Source: Myxococcales bacterium (GTDB taxonomy: Bacteria > Myxococcota_A > UBA9042). Taken from it: a stretch of 64,000 nt of DNA. The first letter of the stretch is position 1. Every line of letters begins with the position of its first letter. The notes under the pieces are model-generated. The model was not told where the DNA came from. It ran no database searches and saw only the letters and a program-made list of their open reading frames with translations. The translations under genes were made by a program, and so were the position numbers. The DNA lies in the NCBI GenBank assembly GCA_037441385.1, contig JBBISH010000008.1, forward strand, positions 1 through 64,000. Reading direction: 5' to 3'. This document shows positions 11,087 through 20,770 of the stretch, piece by piece.

Positions 11087-12934
11087 GTGAGGTTTACCTG
11101 TCCTAGCTGTGCTAAATCATACCGCTTGCCGCCAGAGCGTCTGGGGCCAGCGGGGCGGGCCCAGATCAGCTGCCCCAATTGCAAGGCGGTGGTGCTGGTC
11201 AAGACGGGGCAGGACGAGAACCTCATTTGCCAGCTGCTTGGCCCCGGCGCCGCCCCCGAAGGCGCATCCCCCAGCGCGACTGCGAATCCTGCTCGCACTA
11301 GCGCCGCGATTCCAGCTGCTGTTCCGCCGACTTGGTTCGTGGTCGTCGATCGCGAAAAAGTTGGGCCGCTCACCCCGGCGCAGATTGCCGAGAAGCTGGC
11401 GACCGGCGCGCTGACCATCCACAGCCTGGCCTGGCAAAAGGGCATGGCCGGTTGGACCAAGATCGAAGAGCTTCCCGAATTGCTCAAGGATCTGGCGCGG
11501 ACCGGTCAAGTGGCTCATGCGCGCCAATCGGGCGCCGTGGCTCCGCAACCGGCCGCCGGGCAGCCCGCGGCCCCTGTGCCGGCCGCCACCCACAGTGCCC
11601 CGCACCCGGTCGCGGCAGCCAGTGCCCCGCACCCTGCGACTCACCCTGGGACTCACCCTGCGACTCAGGCCGCGCCGCACCCTGCGACTCAGCCCCCGCC
11701 GCACCCTGCGACTCAGCCCGCGCCGCACCCTGCGACTCAGCCCGCGCCTCAGGCCGCGGCCGCCAAGTCGGGCCCTCAGCCCATCGCGGCGCGCACTTCG
11801 CAGCCTGCGCCGGCAGCACGGCCGGTAGCGGCGCGCCCGCCGATGCCGCTCCCCACCGCGAACGAAGACGACGGCAGCGGGCCCACGCTCGAGGCGGCCA
11901 TCCCGTTGCCCGCCGGTCGCCCAGAGCCCAAGGCGCCGGCCAAACCGCCTGCGCCGGCGCCGATCGCGCCCAGCAAGTCGCCCTCCACCGCCAAGGCCCA
12001 CCACGATGCGCACGGCGAAGATTTCTTTGGCAAGCACGACCTGGGCGACGTCGACTTCGCGCTGCCCGATCCCAACAAGCACAAGCCGACCAAAGAGGAA
12101 TACCAGAACCTAATTCAAGAGTTCAGTGTGATGTTCCGCTTGGACAAGCGCACCAAGCGGCAAAAGGTGCTGATCGCGGTGGTCCTGGCGTCGCTGCTGG
12201 TCGGTGCGATCAGCTTTGGCGTGGTCTTGGCCGTGGGCGCCAGCAAGAAGAAGCAGCTCATCCGCGACAGCAAGGAAATTCTGGCCTTGTTCGATCTGGG
12301 CTACAAGCAGGCGGTGACGCCGGCGGTGTCGGGCGACAACGGCGACGCGGCGGCGGCGGGCGACGCCAAGGCAGCTGGCGCGGCGGGCAGCGCGGGCACG
12401 GCGGCGGCCAAGAAGGCCGAGCCGGCCAAGGTGTCGATGATCGCCGACAAACTGCTGGGCAACGTCGTCAAGAAGCGCAAGGATACCAAGCCCGTCGGCG
12501 CCACCAGCATGGCCCAGCGCGGGCAAGTCGATGCGGCCAAAGAAGCGGCCGACCTGGCCGCACAAGAAGACAAGCGCCGCGCAGAGGCCCAGAAAAAGGC
12601 CGCCGAGCTCGCTGCCAAGTACGGCGTCGTCGGCAAAGTCGAGAATCAGGTTGGCGGGGCCGGGTCGCTGGGCGAAGAACTGTCGCAAAAGGAAGTCACC
12701 AAGACCTGCAACGAAGCGGAAGGTCAGCTCCGCGTGTGCGGCAAGAAGAACGACGCCGAGGCCGGCTACAAGCTGAAGATCACCGTGGTGACCAGCGGCA
12801 AGGTGGACAACGTGGTCGCGCTGGTCGACGGCAAGCCCAATTCGGCGCTCAGCCAGTGCGCCAAAAACGTCCTGGGTGCCAAGCGCCTGAATGCCCCCAA
12901 GGCCACGACCACCTACGACTGCAAGGTCGACTAG
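11087..12934 (+). CDS. GltJ/AgmX-like protein: zinc ribbon + GYF_2 domain + Pro/Ala linker + TM + periplasmic TonB-C-like domain
   Basis: CPSC...CPNC; WFVVVDREKVGP...LAWQKGMAGW; one TM helix (VLIAVVLASLLVG); Cys-containing C-terminal domain; GGAGGA RBS before GTG. Confidence 0.7.
   Translation: MRFTCPSCAKSYRLPPERLGPAGRAQISCPNCKAVVLVKTGQDENLICQLLGPGAAPEGASPSATANPARTSAAIPAAVPPTWFVVVDREKVGPLTPAQIAEKLATGALTIHSLAWQKGMAGWTKIEELPELLKDLARTGQVAHARQSGAVAPQPAAGQPAAPVPAATHSAPHPVAAASAPHPATHPGTHPATQAAPHPATQPPPHPATQPAPHPATQPAPQAAAAKSGPQPIAARTSQPAPAARPVAARPPMPLPTANEDDGSGPTLEAAIPLPAGRPEPKAPAKPPAPAPIAPSKSPSTAKAHHDAHGEDFFGKHDLGDVDFALPDPNKHKPTKEEYQNLIQEFSVMFRLDKRTKRQKVLIAVVLASLLVGAISFGVVLAVGASKKKQLIRDSKEILALFDLGYKQAVTPAVSGDNGDAAAAGDAKAAGAAGSAGTAAAKKAEPAKVSMIADKLLGNVVKKRKDTKPVGATSMAQRGQVDAAKEAADLAAQEDKRRAEAQKKAAELAAKYGVVGKVENQVGGAGSLGEELSQKEVTKTCNEAEGQLRVCGKKNDAEAGYKLKITVVTSGKVDNVVALVDGKPNSALSQCAKNVLGAKRLNAPKATTTYDCKVD
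11630..11748 (+). repeat. In-frame tandem repeat (12-bp CACCCTGCGACT core and 24-bp units) encoding HPAT/QPAPHPAT
   Basis: Three 12-bp units followed by about 3.5 24-bp units, read directly. Confidence 0.85.
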
Positions 12935-12997
12935 CCGCGCCCCCAGCGAATCGGCAGGGTCCGGCGCGCGTTGCATCTCCACCGGTGGAGGACGACC

Positions 12998-13651
12998 ATG
13001 AAGTTTCCGCACCTGCGCTTTGGGTTCCTGCCCCTGCTGCTCACCGTGGCCGGGCTGCTTCTGGCCGGCGCGGCGTTTGGCCAAGAAATCCGCGTCCACT
13101 ACAAGATCCGCGGCTTCTCGCCGGATCAGAAGCAGATGCTGGTGCAGATCGACGACATCAACTCGTCGGACCCGTTCCTGCAGGTCTGGGACGTCGACCC
13201 ACCGGCGCCGGCCAAGAAGGCGCAGAAGACCGCGTTCGTCAAGTCAGAAGGGCCCAAGATCATTCGCGAAACCCGCAAGAAGCTCAAGATGGCCGACGCG
13301 GGCATCGAAGACTGGCTGTACCCGCTGGACCCCAAGGACGACACCAAGGCGCTGTCGTTCTTTGGCCTGATGGCGTCCAAGGACCGGTTTGTGCTGGCCT
13401 GCACCGACAAGCAAAAGCTGGGCAAGGTCAAGGATATCCCCATCAAGATCGACGAGGAGACCAAGACCCAGGCCAAGGCCAAGCTGGAAGGGATCTTTTG
13501 GACGGGCGACCGCAAGCTGCTGATTGCCGTGGTGTCGCAGAAGATCGACACCGGCTCGTTCCTGAGCGAGCGCGACGAGTTCCACGTGGTGCGCTTCAAC
13601 CCGTCGGACATCCAGTGGGTCGACAACAGCCCCGAACCGCCCCCGAAGTAG
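12998..13651 (+). CDS. Exported hypothetical protein
   Basis: GGAGG RBS, signal peptide ending AAFG/Q, Lys/Asp-rich beta-strand-like mature part. Confidence 0.8.
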   Translation: MKFPHLRFGFLPLLLTVAGLLLAGAAFGQEIRVHYKIRGFSPDQKQMLVQIDDINSSDPFLQVWDVDPPAPAKKAQKTAFVKSEGPKIIRETRKKLKMADAGIEDWLYPLDPKDDTKALSFFGLMASKDRFVLACTDKQKLGKVKDIPIKIDEETKTQAKAKLEGIFWTGDRKLLIAVVSQKIDTGSFLSERDEFHVVRFNPSDIQWVDNSPEPPPK

Positions 13652-13669
13652 GCCGAGATCGGGTTCCGA

Positions 13670-15505
13670 ATGGCGCAATCCACAACTGGGCAAACCGCCC
13701 AAGCCCCCAAAGACGGGCTGACCTCTGGCGAGCCCCAGCCCGCGCAGCGTCCGCGCGGCCAGGATTGGGCGCTGCTCAAGCGTTTTTGGGAGTTTGCGCG
13801 CCAAGACCGGCGCTGGCTGATCCTGGGGCTGCTGGGCCTGCCGGCGATGACCGGTGCGGGCCTGCTGCAGCCGTGGCTGATCAAGGTGGCGATCGACGGC
13901 CCGATCTCGGCCAGCGTCAAGGGCACCCAAGTGGCCGGACCGTGGACCCTGGGCACGGTTGCGGCGGTTTTCTTGGTGGCGGTCGTGGCCGAATACAGCT
14001 TTCGCGGCCTGCAGTTGTATGCCCTGCAAAAGCTGGGCTTCCGTGCCTTGGGCCGGCTGCGGCGAGCGGTGTTCGTGCACGTGCTGCGCCAGGGCGGTCG
14101 CTTTTTTGACACGCGCACCACCGGTTCGCTGCTGACCCGCACCACCACCGATGTCGAGGCCTTGGGCGAAGTCCTGACCATGGGCATCGTGGGGATCGTT
14201 GGCGATGTCATCGATATCGCAGCGATTATTGCGGTGATGGTGGCGCTGGACGTGAAGCTGACGGCCATGAGCATGCTGGTGGCACCGCTGATCGTGCTGG
14301 TGGTCAACTTCTTTCGGCGGCAACTGCGCAAGTATTCAAACGAAATTCGCCGAGCGATGGCGCAGTCCAGCGGCTACTACCAAGAAGCGCTGGCCGGCGC
14401 GCGCGTCATCCAGCTGCACGGCCGCCAGCAGACCACGCAAGACGAGTATCGCGAGCTGAACTACTCGTACTTGAACGCGTATCGCATCTCGAACATCTAC
14501 GACGCCAGCCTGTACGCCGTCATGGACGGGGTGGCTTCGCTGTGTATTGCGCTGCTCATCTGGTACGGCGGCGGTCGCGCGCTGCAAGGTGCGGTGACGG
14601 TTGGGCTTTTGGTGGCATTCATCCAGTACATCCAGCGGTTGTTCATCCCGATCCGCGAGCTGTCGGCCAAGGTGGCGACCATCGAGCGGGCGCTGGCAGC
14701 GCTCGAGCGCATCTTTGGCCTGCTCGACGTGCACGAGGAAGTGCGCGAAGGCCAGTTCGCCCCCGAACAGGTGAGGGGCGAAATCTGCCTGGACGCAGTG
14801 GATTTTGCCTACGACGGCAAGAACCTGGTGCTGCGCGGCGTGTCGTTGGAGATCGGGCCGGGACAGGTCCTGGCGCTGGTGGGGCCGACCGGATCGGGCA
14901 AGACCACGGTGGCCAAGCTGCTGACCCACATGTACGAACCGCCGGACGGCCGGGTGCGACTGGACGGCGTGCCGGTGGAGCAGTGGCAGGCGGGGGCGTT
15001 GCGGCGGGCGATTGGCGTGGTGCAGCAAGACGTGGTCGAGTTTTCGGGCAGTTTGTACGACAACGTGGACCTGGGCCGCGGGCTTGGGCGCGACCACGTC
15101 GCCCAGGCCCTGAACGACGCCTGCCTGGGCGATGTCGTCGAGCGCCTGGGCGGTATCGACGCGCAGCTGGGCGAGGGCGTGGCGCTGTCGGCCGGCGAGC
15201 GGCAGTTGCTGAGCGTGGCGCGCATCTTGGCCGCCAATCCTGCGGTAGTCGTGTTGGACGAGGCCACCGCGTCGATCGACTCGCTCACCGAACAGAAGCT
15301 GCAGCAGGCCATCGAACGGGTGCTGGCCGGCCGCACGGCGGTGGTGGTGGCGCACCGGCTGTCGACCATCCGCCGGGCCGACTGCATCGCCGTGTTGCGC
15401 CGCGGCGAGCTGGTCGAGAAGGGCAACCACGACGAGCTGATGCAGCTTGGCGGCCTGTATGCCGAGCTGGTCGCGTCGGCCGATCGCCAGGGTCATTTGG
15501 CGTAG
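13670..15505 (+). CDS. ABC exporter, fused permease/ATPase (MdlB/MsbA-like)
   Basis: TM domain, GPTGSGKT, LSAGERQ, VLDEAT, AHRLST. Confidence 0.93.
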   Translation: MAQSTTGQTAQAPKDGLTSGEPQPAQRPRGQDWALLKRFWEFARQDRRWLILGLLGLPAMTGAGLLQPWLIKVAIDGPISASVKGTQVAGPWTLGTVAAVFLVAVVAEYSFRGLQLYALQKLGFRALGRLRRAVFVHVLRQGGRFFDTRTTGSLLTRTTTDVEALGEVLTMGIVGIVGDVIDIAAIIAVMVALDVKLTAMSMLVAPLIVLVVNFFRRQLRKYSNEIRRAMAQSSGYYQEALAGARVIQLHGRQQTTQDEYRELNYSYLNAYRISNIYDASLYAVMDGVASLCIALLIWYGGGRALQGAVTVGLLVAFIQYIQRLFIPIRELSAKVATIERALAALERIFGLLDVHEEVREGQFAPEQVRGEICLDAVDFAYDGKNLVLRGVSLEIGPGQVLALVGPTGSGKTTVAKLLTHMYEPPDGRVRLDGVPVEQWQAGALRRAIGVVQQDVVEFSGSLYDNVDLGRGLGRDHVAQALNDACLGDVVERLGGIDAQLGEGVALSAGERQLLSVARILAANPAVVVLDEATASIDSLTEQKLQQAIERVLAGRTAVVVAHRLSTIRRADCIAVLRRGELVEKGNHDELMQLGGLYAELVASADRQGHLA

Positions 15506-15523
15506 ACAGCGCAAGGAGCACCG

Positions 15524-16837
15524 ATGATTCCGCAGACACTCAAAGGTTTTCGCGATTTTTTGCCCGACACGATGGCGCCGCGCCAACAGATGATCCGCAC
15601 CATCGAAGACGCTTTTGCCCGCCACGGCTTTTTGCCGTTGCAGACCCCGGCGCTGGAATACCTGGAGACGTTGCTGGGCAAGTACGGCGAAGAGGGCGAC
15701 AAGCTGCTGTATCGCTTTGAGGACAACGGCGGGCGCAACGTGGCGCTGCGCTACGACCTGACTGTGCCGCTGGCGCGCCTGGTGGCCCAGCACCGCGCCG
15801 AGATCGTGCTGCCGTTCCGCCGCTACCACATCGCGCCGGTGTGGCGGGCCGAGAAGCCGCAGCGCGGGCGTTTCCGCGAATTCCTGCAGTGCGACGCGGA
15901 CATCTGTGGGGTCGATTCGCCGATGGCTGACGCCGAGGTGCTGGTGACTGGTCTGGCCACGCTGCGGGCGCTGGGCGTGACCGGCGCGCGGCTGCACCTG
16001 AACCACCGCGACGTGCTGTTCGGCATGCTCGAAGTGCTGGGAATTGCCGAAAAGACCAAGCAGATCATCTGCATTCGGGCTATCGACAAGCTGGACAAGA
16101 TTGGCAAGGACGGCGTGGTGGCCGAGATCGTGCGCGAAGCGGCGGTCGAGAGCACGCAAGCGGCCGAGATCGTAGCCGCTTTTGACGGCGGCGGCGGCAT
16201 CGAGCCGATCGCGGCGCTGGCGGCGGGCAAGGGCCACGCGGCGCTGGACACGGCCCTGCAGCGCCTGCAGGCGGTGGTAGAGCTGGTAGCCGCGGCCGGG
16301 CTGGGCGATCAGGTGGTGATCGATCGCTCGATCGCGCGCGGTCTGGACTACTACACCGGCATCATCTACGAGACGCGGCTGACCGATCCCAAGGTCGCCA
16401 GCATCGGCGCGGTCATGTCCGGCGGGCGCTACGACGGCCTCATCGGCCTGTTCGGCAAAGAGCAGATCGCCGCAGTGGGCATCTCGATCGGCCTGGACCG
16501 CCTGCTGGCGGCCTTGCAGGAACTGGGGCTGCTGGCGCAGGGGCTGGCACAGGTGCCCATCTACGTCATGCCTTTGGATGCCAGCGTGGCCGGGCCGGCG
16601 CTGGCTTTGGCGAGCGAGCTGCGCGCGGCCGGGTTGCGGGTCGAGCTCGATCTGGCCGGCGGGCGCATTGGCAAGCAGTTCGAGCGGGCGGGCAAGCGGG
16701 GCGCGCGCCTGGCTTTGGTGCTGGGTGGCGACGAACTGGCAGCGGGCGAAGTGGTGGTCAAGGACCTGGGCGCCGGCAGTCAGAGCAAGGTGGCGCGAGC
16801 CGAGCTGGTGGCCGCGCTGCAGCACCTGCTGGCCTAG
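15524..16837 (+). CDS. hisS: Histidyl-tRNA synthetase
   Basis: LKGFRDF, LRYDLTVP, RAEKPQRGRFREFLQCD, RGLDYYTG, GGRYD, GLDR, anticodon-binding domain. Confidence 0.97.
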   Translation: MIPQTLKGFRDFLPDTMAPRQQMIRTIEDAFARHGFLPLQTPALEYLETLLGKYGEEGDKLLYRFEDNGGRNVALRYDLTVPLARLVAQHRAEIVLPFRRYHIAPVWRAEKPQRGRFREFLQCDADICGVDSPMADAEVLVTGLATLRALGVTGARLHLNHRDVLFGMLEVLGIAEKTKQIICIRAIDKLDKIGKDGVVAEIVREAAVESTQAAEIVAAFDGGGGIEPIAALAAGKGHAALDTALQRLQAVVELVAAAGLGDQVVIDRSIARGLDYYTGIIYETRLTDPKVASIGAVMSGGRYDGLIGLFGKEQIAAVGISIGLDRLLAALQELGLLAQGLAQVPIYVMPLDASVAGPALALASELRAAGLRVELDLAGGRIGKQFERAGKRGARLALVLGGDELAAGEVVVKDLGAGSQSKVARAELVAALQHLLA

Positions 16838-17134
16838 CGGCGCCGGGCTGACGTTTTTTGTCAGTGCCGTGTGCGCGTTGCGTCACCGCCGCAGCCGCGA
16901 CTGTATTCCTTGTCATGAAATCAGCAGCATTACCATGTTGATGGATAGGACGCCCAACTTGGCATAGAAGTTGGAAAGCCAGTTGGTGGGGGATCACCTC
17001 GGACCCTCCGCTGCGTCGGCACTGGTCGTCGTGGCGGAGGGTTCGGGGTTTTTGGCGACCTGCACACTCTGCCGCGGCGGCCGATGTGCGGCGGCCTGTT
17101 GACTTGGGCCGGGCGTTCCCAGCACTCTGAAGCC

Positions 17135-18325
17135 ATGCTGCCCCGGCTGTCCGCCCCTGCGTTGCTTCTGTTTCTGGCCACGTTGGCCACGGCTGGGCTG
17201 CCAGCGTGCGGCGGTGCCGGCGCCCAGATGCGCAACACCCAGGTCATCGCCCTGGACCCGATCGAGATCAAGGCCGATCGCCGCGACGGCAAGGTCGAAA
17301 GTTACGTCAAGGACTTCGATCAGTTGCACGACGCGGCCATGGCCAGCTTTCAGGCTGGCGAGTGGGCCGCTGCGCTGCGCGACTTCGAGCGAATGATTCG
17401 CGACTTCCCGGATCACCCGCAGCGCTACGCCTTGGAATTCAATGCCGGCCTGTGCCTGGGGCACTTGGGTCGCCACGGCGAGGCCGCGGTGCGTTTTGCC
17501 CAGGCCCGCAGCCACAGCATCGGCACCCGCCACGCCCGCGACGCGCTGTTCTTGCAGGCAGAGGCGTTGGAACATGCCGAAAAATGGAGCGATGCCGCGC
17601 AACTGTACCGTAGCGCCCTGGAAGACCCCGCGACCCAGGAGCAAATCGGCGGCAAGCTGGGGCTGCTGGACGAGCTGGAGGCGCAGGCTCGCCGCGGTTT
17701 GGCGCTGCGCCGGGCTGGCGATCTCCCCGGGGCGGACAAGGCGCTGCGGCAGGTGGAGCAGCTGTACGACGACCACCGCGACACGCCGCTGGTAGCGCAG
17801 TCCGAGTGGGTGGCGCGGGCCCTGTTCGAGCGGGCGCAGATTTTCTACGACCTGTTCGCCTCGATTCGCTTTCGCTTGCCGGTGGAGCGGATGCAAAAGG
17901 AGCTGGAAGACAAATCGAATTTATTCTTGAAGGCAGAGGGGTTGCTGTACCGTTGCGTGCGCCTGCGGTTCAGGCCGTGGTCGCTGGCGGCGGGCCATGC
18001 CATCGGCGGCCTCTACACGCGCCTCATCGAGGACATCGACAGCGCCGAAGTGCCGCCCGACTTGGACGCGCCCACCATGGACCTGTACCGCGACGAGCTG
18101 TGGAATCACACCGAGCGCTTGGCCAAGCGCGCCCTGACCATCTTCCAGAAGAACATCGAGCTGGCGCAAACGCTGGGCGATGCAGAGTGGGCCGAAAAGT
18201 CGCACCAGGGCTACAAGCGCGTCGAGCAGTTGGTCGAGATCAACATGGCGCGGCGGGTGCGGCTCCTCAAGGGTACCCAGGTCGCGCCGCCGGCCGAGGC
18301 GACCCCCAGCGACGAGCCGCCGTAG
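17135..18325 (+). CDS. TPR-repeat lipoprotein with GltD/GltE-like C-terminus
   Basis: Lipobox-like LPAC; TPR helices; C-terminal WSLAAGHAIGGLY..PPDL..YRDEL..EWAEKS pattern. Confidence 0.7.
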   Translation: MLPRLSAPALLLFLATLATAGLPACGGAGAQMRNTQVIALDPIEIKADRRDGKVESYVKDFDQLHDAAMASFQAGEWAAALRDFERMIRDFPDHPQRYALEFNAGLCLGHLGRHGEAAVRFAQARSHSIGTRHARDALFLQAEALEHAEKWSDAAQLYRSALEDPATQEQIGGKLGLLDELEAQARRGLALRRAGDLPGADKALRQVEQLYDDHRDTPLVAQSEWVARALFERAQIFYDLFASIRFRLPVERMQKELEDKSNLFLKAEGLLYRCVRLRFRPWSLAAGHAIGGLYTRLIEDIDSAEVPPDLDAPTMDLYRDELWNHTERLAKRALTIFQKNIELAQTLGDAEWAEKSHQGYKRVEQLVEINMARRVRLLKGTQVAPPAEATPSDEPP

Positions 18326-18406
18326 CCGAATTGGGTGCAGGTGCGCCGCCGCCCTAGTTGACGTACACTGCCGCGACCTTGCGCGTGCGCGAGCCAGCGA
18401 TCTGCG

Positions 18407-19405
18407 ATGAGCGAAACTCTCAAATTCATCCGCGCCGACTCCACACCCCACGTGGCCGCGACCCGCTTGCGCCGCGACGACCCGCGCATGGGCAGCTGCG
18501 CGGTTACGCTGGACGCCGACCCGCCCGAAAGCCGGGTGCGCGCGATCGTGTTGGGGGTCGCCGACGAACGGGCGGTGCAGCTGGCCGGTGGTCGCGTAGG
18601 CGCTGTCGACGGACCGCACCGATTGCGCGACTGGTTCTTTCGGCTGCCGGCGCCGCCCGAATTCGGGCCCCTGTCGGTGCTCAACGCTGGCGATCTGCAG
18701 GCCGCCGATCACACGAGCGAAACGCAGGCCAGGCTGGCTGAAGTGATCGCTGTGCTGCGCGATCGCTTCCCGCGTGCCCGCGTCGTGGTGGTGGGCGGCG
18801 GCCACGATCACTGCTATGGCGAAGTGCTGGGACTGGCCCGCAGCGTGGCGCGCGGCGATCCCGCGGCGCGCACGGCCTTGCTCGACATCAGTCACCGGGC
18901 CGGCGTGCGTCCCAGCGAACACGATCGGCGCGAAGTAGCGGCCGACTCGCAGCTGCGGCGCTTGCTCCTTGAGCCCGCTGCGCGACTGGACGGACAGTCC
19001 ACGTTGGTCTGGGGGTTGCAGCGCTCGGCGAACTCCGTTGATCGGCTGCAGTTTCTGCATCAGCACGGCGCCCGCACCCAGTTCTGGGAAGACATCGAAT
19101 CGGACGAGCGGCGCGCGGCCGAGGGGCTGACCCGCTGGCAGGACGAAGCCGCCCACAGTCACGCCGGGCTGGCCATGACCGTTGACTTGACTGTGTTTGG
19201 CCAGGTCGCCGCGCCGGGCGTCAGCGATCCGGTGGCGATCGGCGTGGCTCCGGGTGCGGTGGTGCGGGCCGCGGCCCATCTGACCGCCTCGAGCCGCCCC
19301 ACAGTGCTGGGCTTGCACGGCTTGAACCCGCGCTTTGACCAAGACGGGGCCACTGCTCGGCTTGCCGCGCGCCTGGCCTGGAGTTACCTGACCGGCTGGG
19401 CCTGA
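18407..19405 (+). CDS. Arginase/formimidoylglutamase (HutG)-fold protein with degenerate metal ligands
   Basis: GGRVGAVDGP, GGGHD, APGVS, LNPRFDQDGATARLAA; DAHxD reads DISHR and DxD reads DLT. Confidence 0.8.
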   Translation: MSETLKFIRADSTPHVAATRLRRDDPRMGSCAVTLDADPPESRVRAIVLGVADERAVQLAGGRVGAVDGPHRLRDWFFRLPAPPEFGPLSVLNAGDLQAADHTSETQARLAEVIAVLRDRFPRARVVVVGGGHDHCYGEVLGLARSVARGDPAARTALLDISHRAGVRPSEHDRREVAADSQLRRLLLEPAARLDGQSTLVWGLQRSANSVDRLQFLHQHGARTQFWEDIESDERRAAEGLTRWQDEAAHSHAGLAMTVDLTVFGQVAAPGVSDPVAIGVAPGAVVRAAAHLTASSRPTVLGLHGLNPRFDQDGATARLAARLAWSYLTGWA

Positions 19406-19436
19406 TCCCCGGCCAATCCTAGAATAAGGTGTTTTC

Positions 19437-20720
19437 ATGCGCAATTACGTGGCCCTTACCTTGGCTCTTTCCGTCTTGACTACGGCGGCCTGTGGCAGCG
19501 ACGCCGCGACCGCCACCTCCGCCAAAGACGCGGTGGCCAGCGACGGCTCTGGCCAGCCCAACGACACCGCCAGCGGCACGGGCGCCGACAGTGCCAGCAC
19601 GGCCGACACCAGCAGTGCGGACACCAGCAGTGCAGACGCCAGCAGTGCAGACGCCACCACGGCGGATGCCACCGAGACCGCGCCCTACGGCGTGGGCGTC
19701 CTGGACCTCAAAGTCGCCGGTCCCGGCGGCCGCAGCCTGCCGGCCACACTGTGGTACCCGATCCCCGCCGGCAGCACGGGCACGGTGGTCAAGTACTTGG
19801 GCATGATGGCCTCGCCCGGCGGCGCCTTGGACAAAGCCGAGGCCGCCAAAGGGCCCTTCCCGCTGGTCGCCTTCAGCCACGGCAACCAGGGCATGCGACA
19901 ACAGTCGGTATTCCTGACCGAAGCGCTGGCCAAGCACGGCTATGTGGTCATCGCCCCCGACCACGTGGGCAATACCTACTCGGACTACGACGCCAAGCTG
20001 ATCGGCGCGATGGTGGTCTGGCGGCCGCTGGACCTGCGCGCCGCGATTGACCGCGCCCTCAAGGCCGAGGCCGGCGATCCCGCGTGGTTTGCCGGCTTGG
20101 TCGACCCGCAGCACATCGCGGTCAGCGGCCACAGCTTTGGCGGCTACACGGCCTTGGCGGTGGCTGGCGCACCCGTAGACGTTCCCAAGTCCCTTCTGCC
20201 CGACTGCAGCCTTCCTGGGGCCTCTACCGAGGCCACTTGCACGGCCATGGCGCTGGCGGGCACGCTGCCCTGGAAGTTTGGCGATCCGCGGGTCAGTCTG
20301 GTGATCCCTCTGGCCCATTGCGGGCAGTTGCCGGGCTTTGGCTTTGTGTTGCCCCTGCTCGGCGACTTGAAGATGCCGGCCATTTTGCAGGCCGCGACCG
20401 GGGATACCACCTGTACGCTCACCGAGCAGGCTTTGCCGGCCTACAACGCCTGGGGCGGCCCCAAAGCACTCGTCACCATGCAGGGCGGCAACCACTTCAG
20501 CTATTCGGACTTGTGCAATCTGCCGCTGGCGCAGATCCCGCAGTTTGCCAGCTACTGCAAAGACCGCGTGCCCGAGCTCGCCGCCGCGCACGAATCGATC
20601 ATCCACTACACGCTGGCGGCGTGCGACGCGTGGCTCCGCGGTCAGACCGACAAGGCGGCCGAGTTCAAACCCGGCGCAGCCGGCATCGTCACGATTCAGT
20701 CCAGCGGCATCGTCAAGTAG
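19437..20720 (+). CDS. Alpha/beta-hydrolase lipoprotein (predicted dienelactone-hydrolase/PAF-AH-like)
   Basis: TAAC lipobox, ADTSS repeat linker, FSHG, APDH, nucleophile GHSFGG, GGNHFSY. Confidence 0.85.
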   Translation: MRNYVALTLALSVLTTAACGSDAATATSAKDAVASDGSGQPNDTASGTGADSASTADTSSADTSSADASSADATTADATETAPYGVGVLDLKVAGPGGRSLPATLWYPIPAGSTGTVVKYLGMMASPGGALDKAEAAKGPFPLVAFSHGNQGMRQQSVFLTEALAKHGYVVIAPDHVGNTYSDYDAKLIGAMVVWRPLDLRAAIDRALKAEAGDPAWFAGLVDPQHIAVSGHSFGGYTALAVAGAPVDVPKSLLPDCSLPGASTEATCTAMALAGTLPWKFGDPRVSLVIPLAHCGQLPGFGFVLPLLGDLKMPAILQAATGDTTCTLTEQALPAYNAWGGPKALVTMQGGNHFSYSDLCNLPLAQIPQFASYCKDRVPELAAAHESIIHYTLAACDAWLRGQTDKAAEFKPGAAGIVTIQSSGIVK

Positions 20721-20770
20721 CGGCCCCGAACTGGGCGGGCATCTGCTACTGCCCAACACCGCAGGGTTTT

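Noticed and set aside
11630..11748. Short direct repeats as a possible CRISPR array
   Set aside because: No unique spacers, in frame within a CDS, no cas genes
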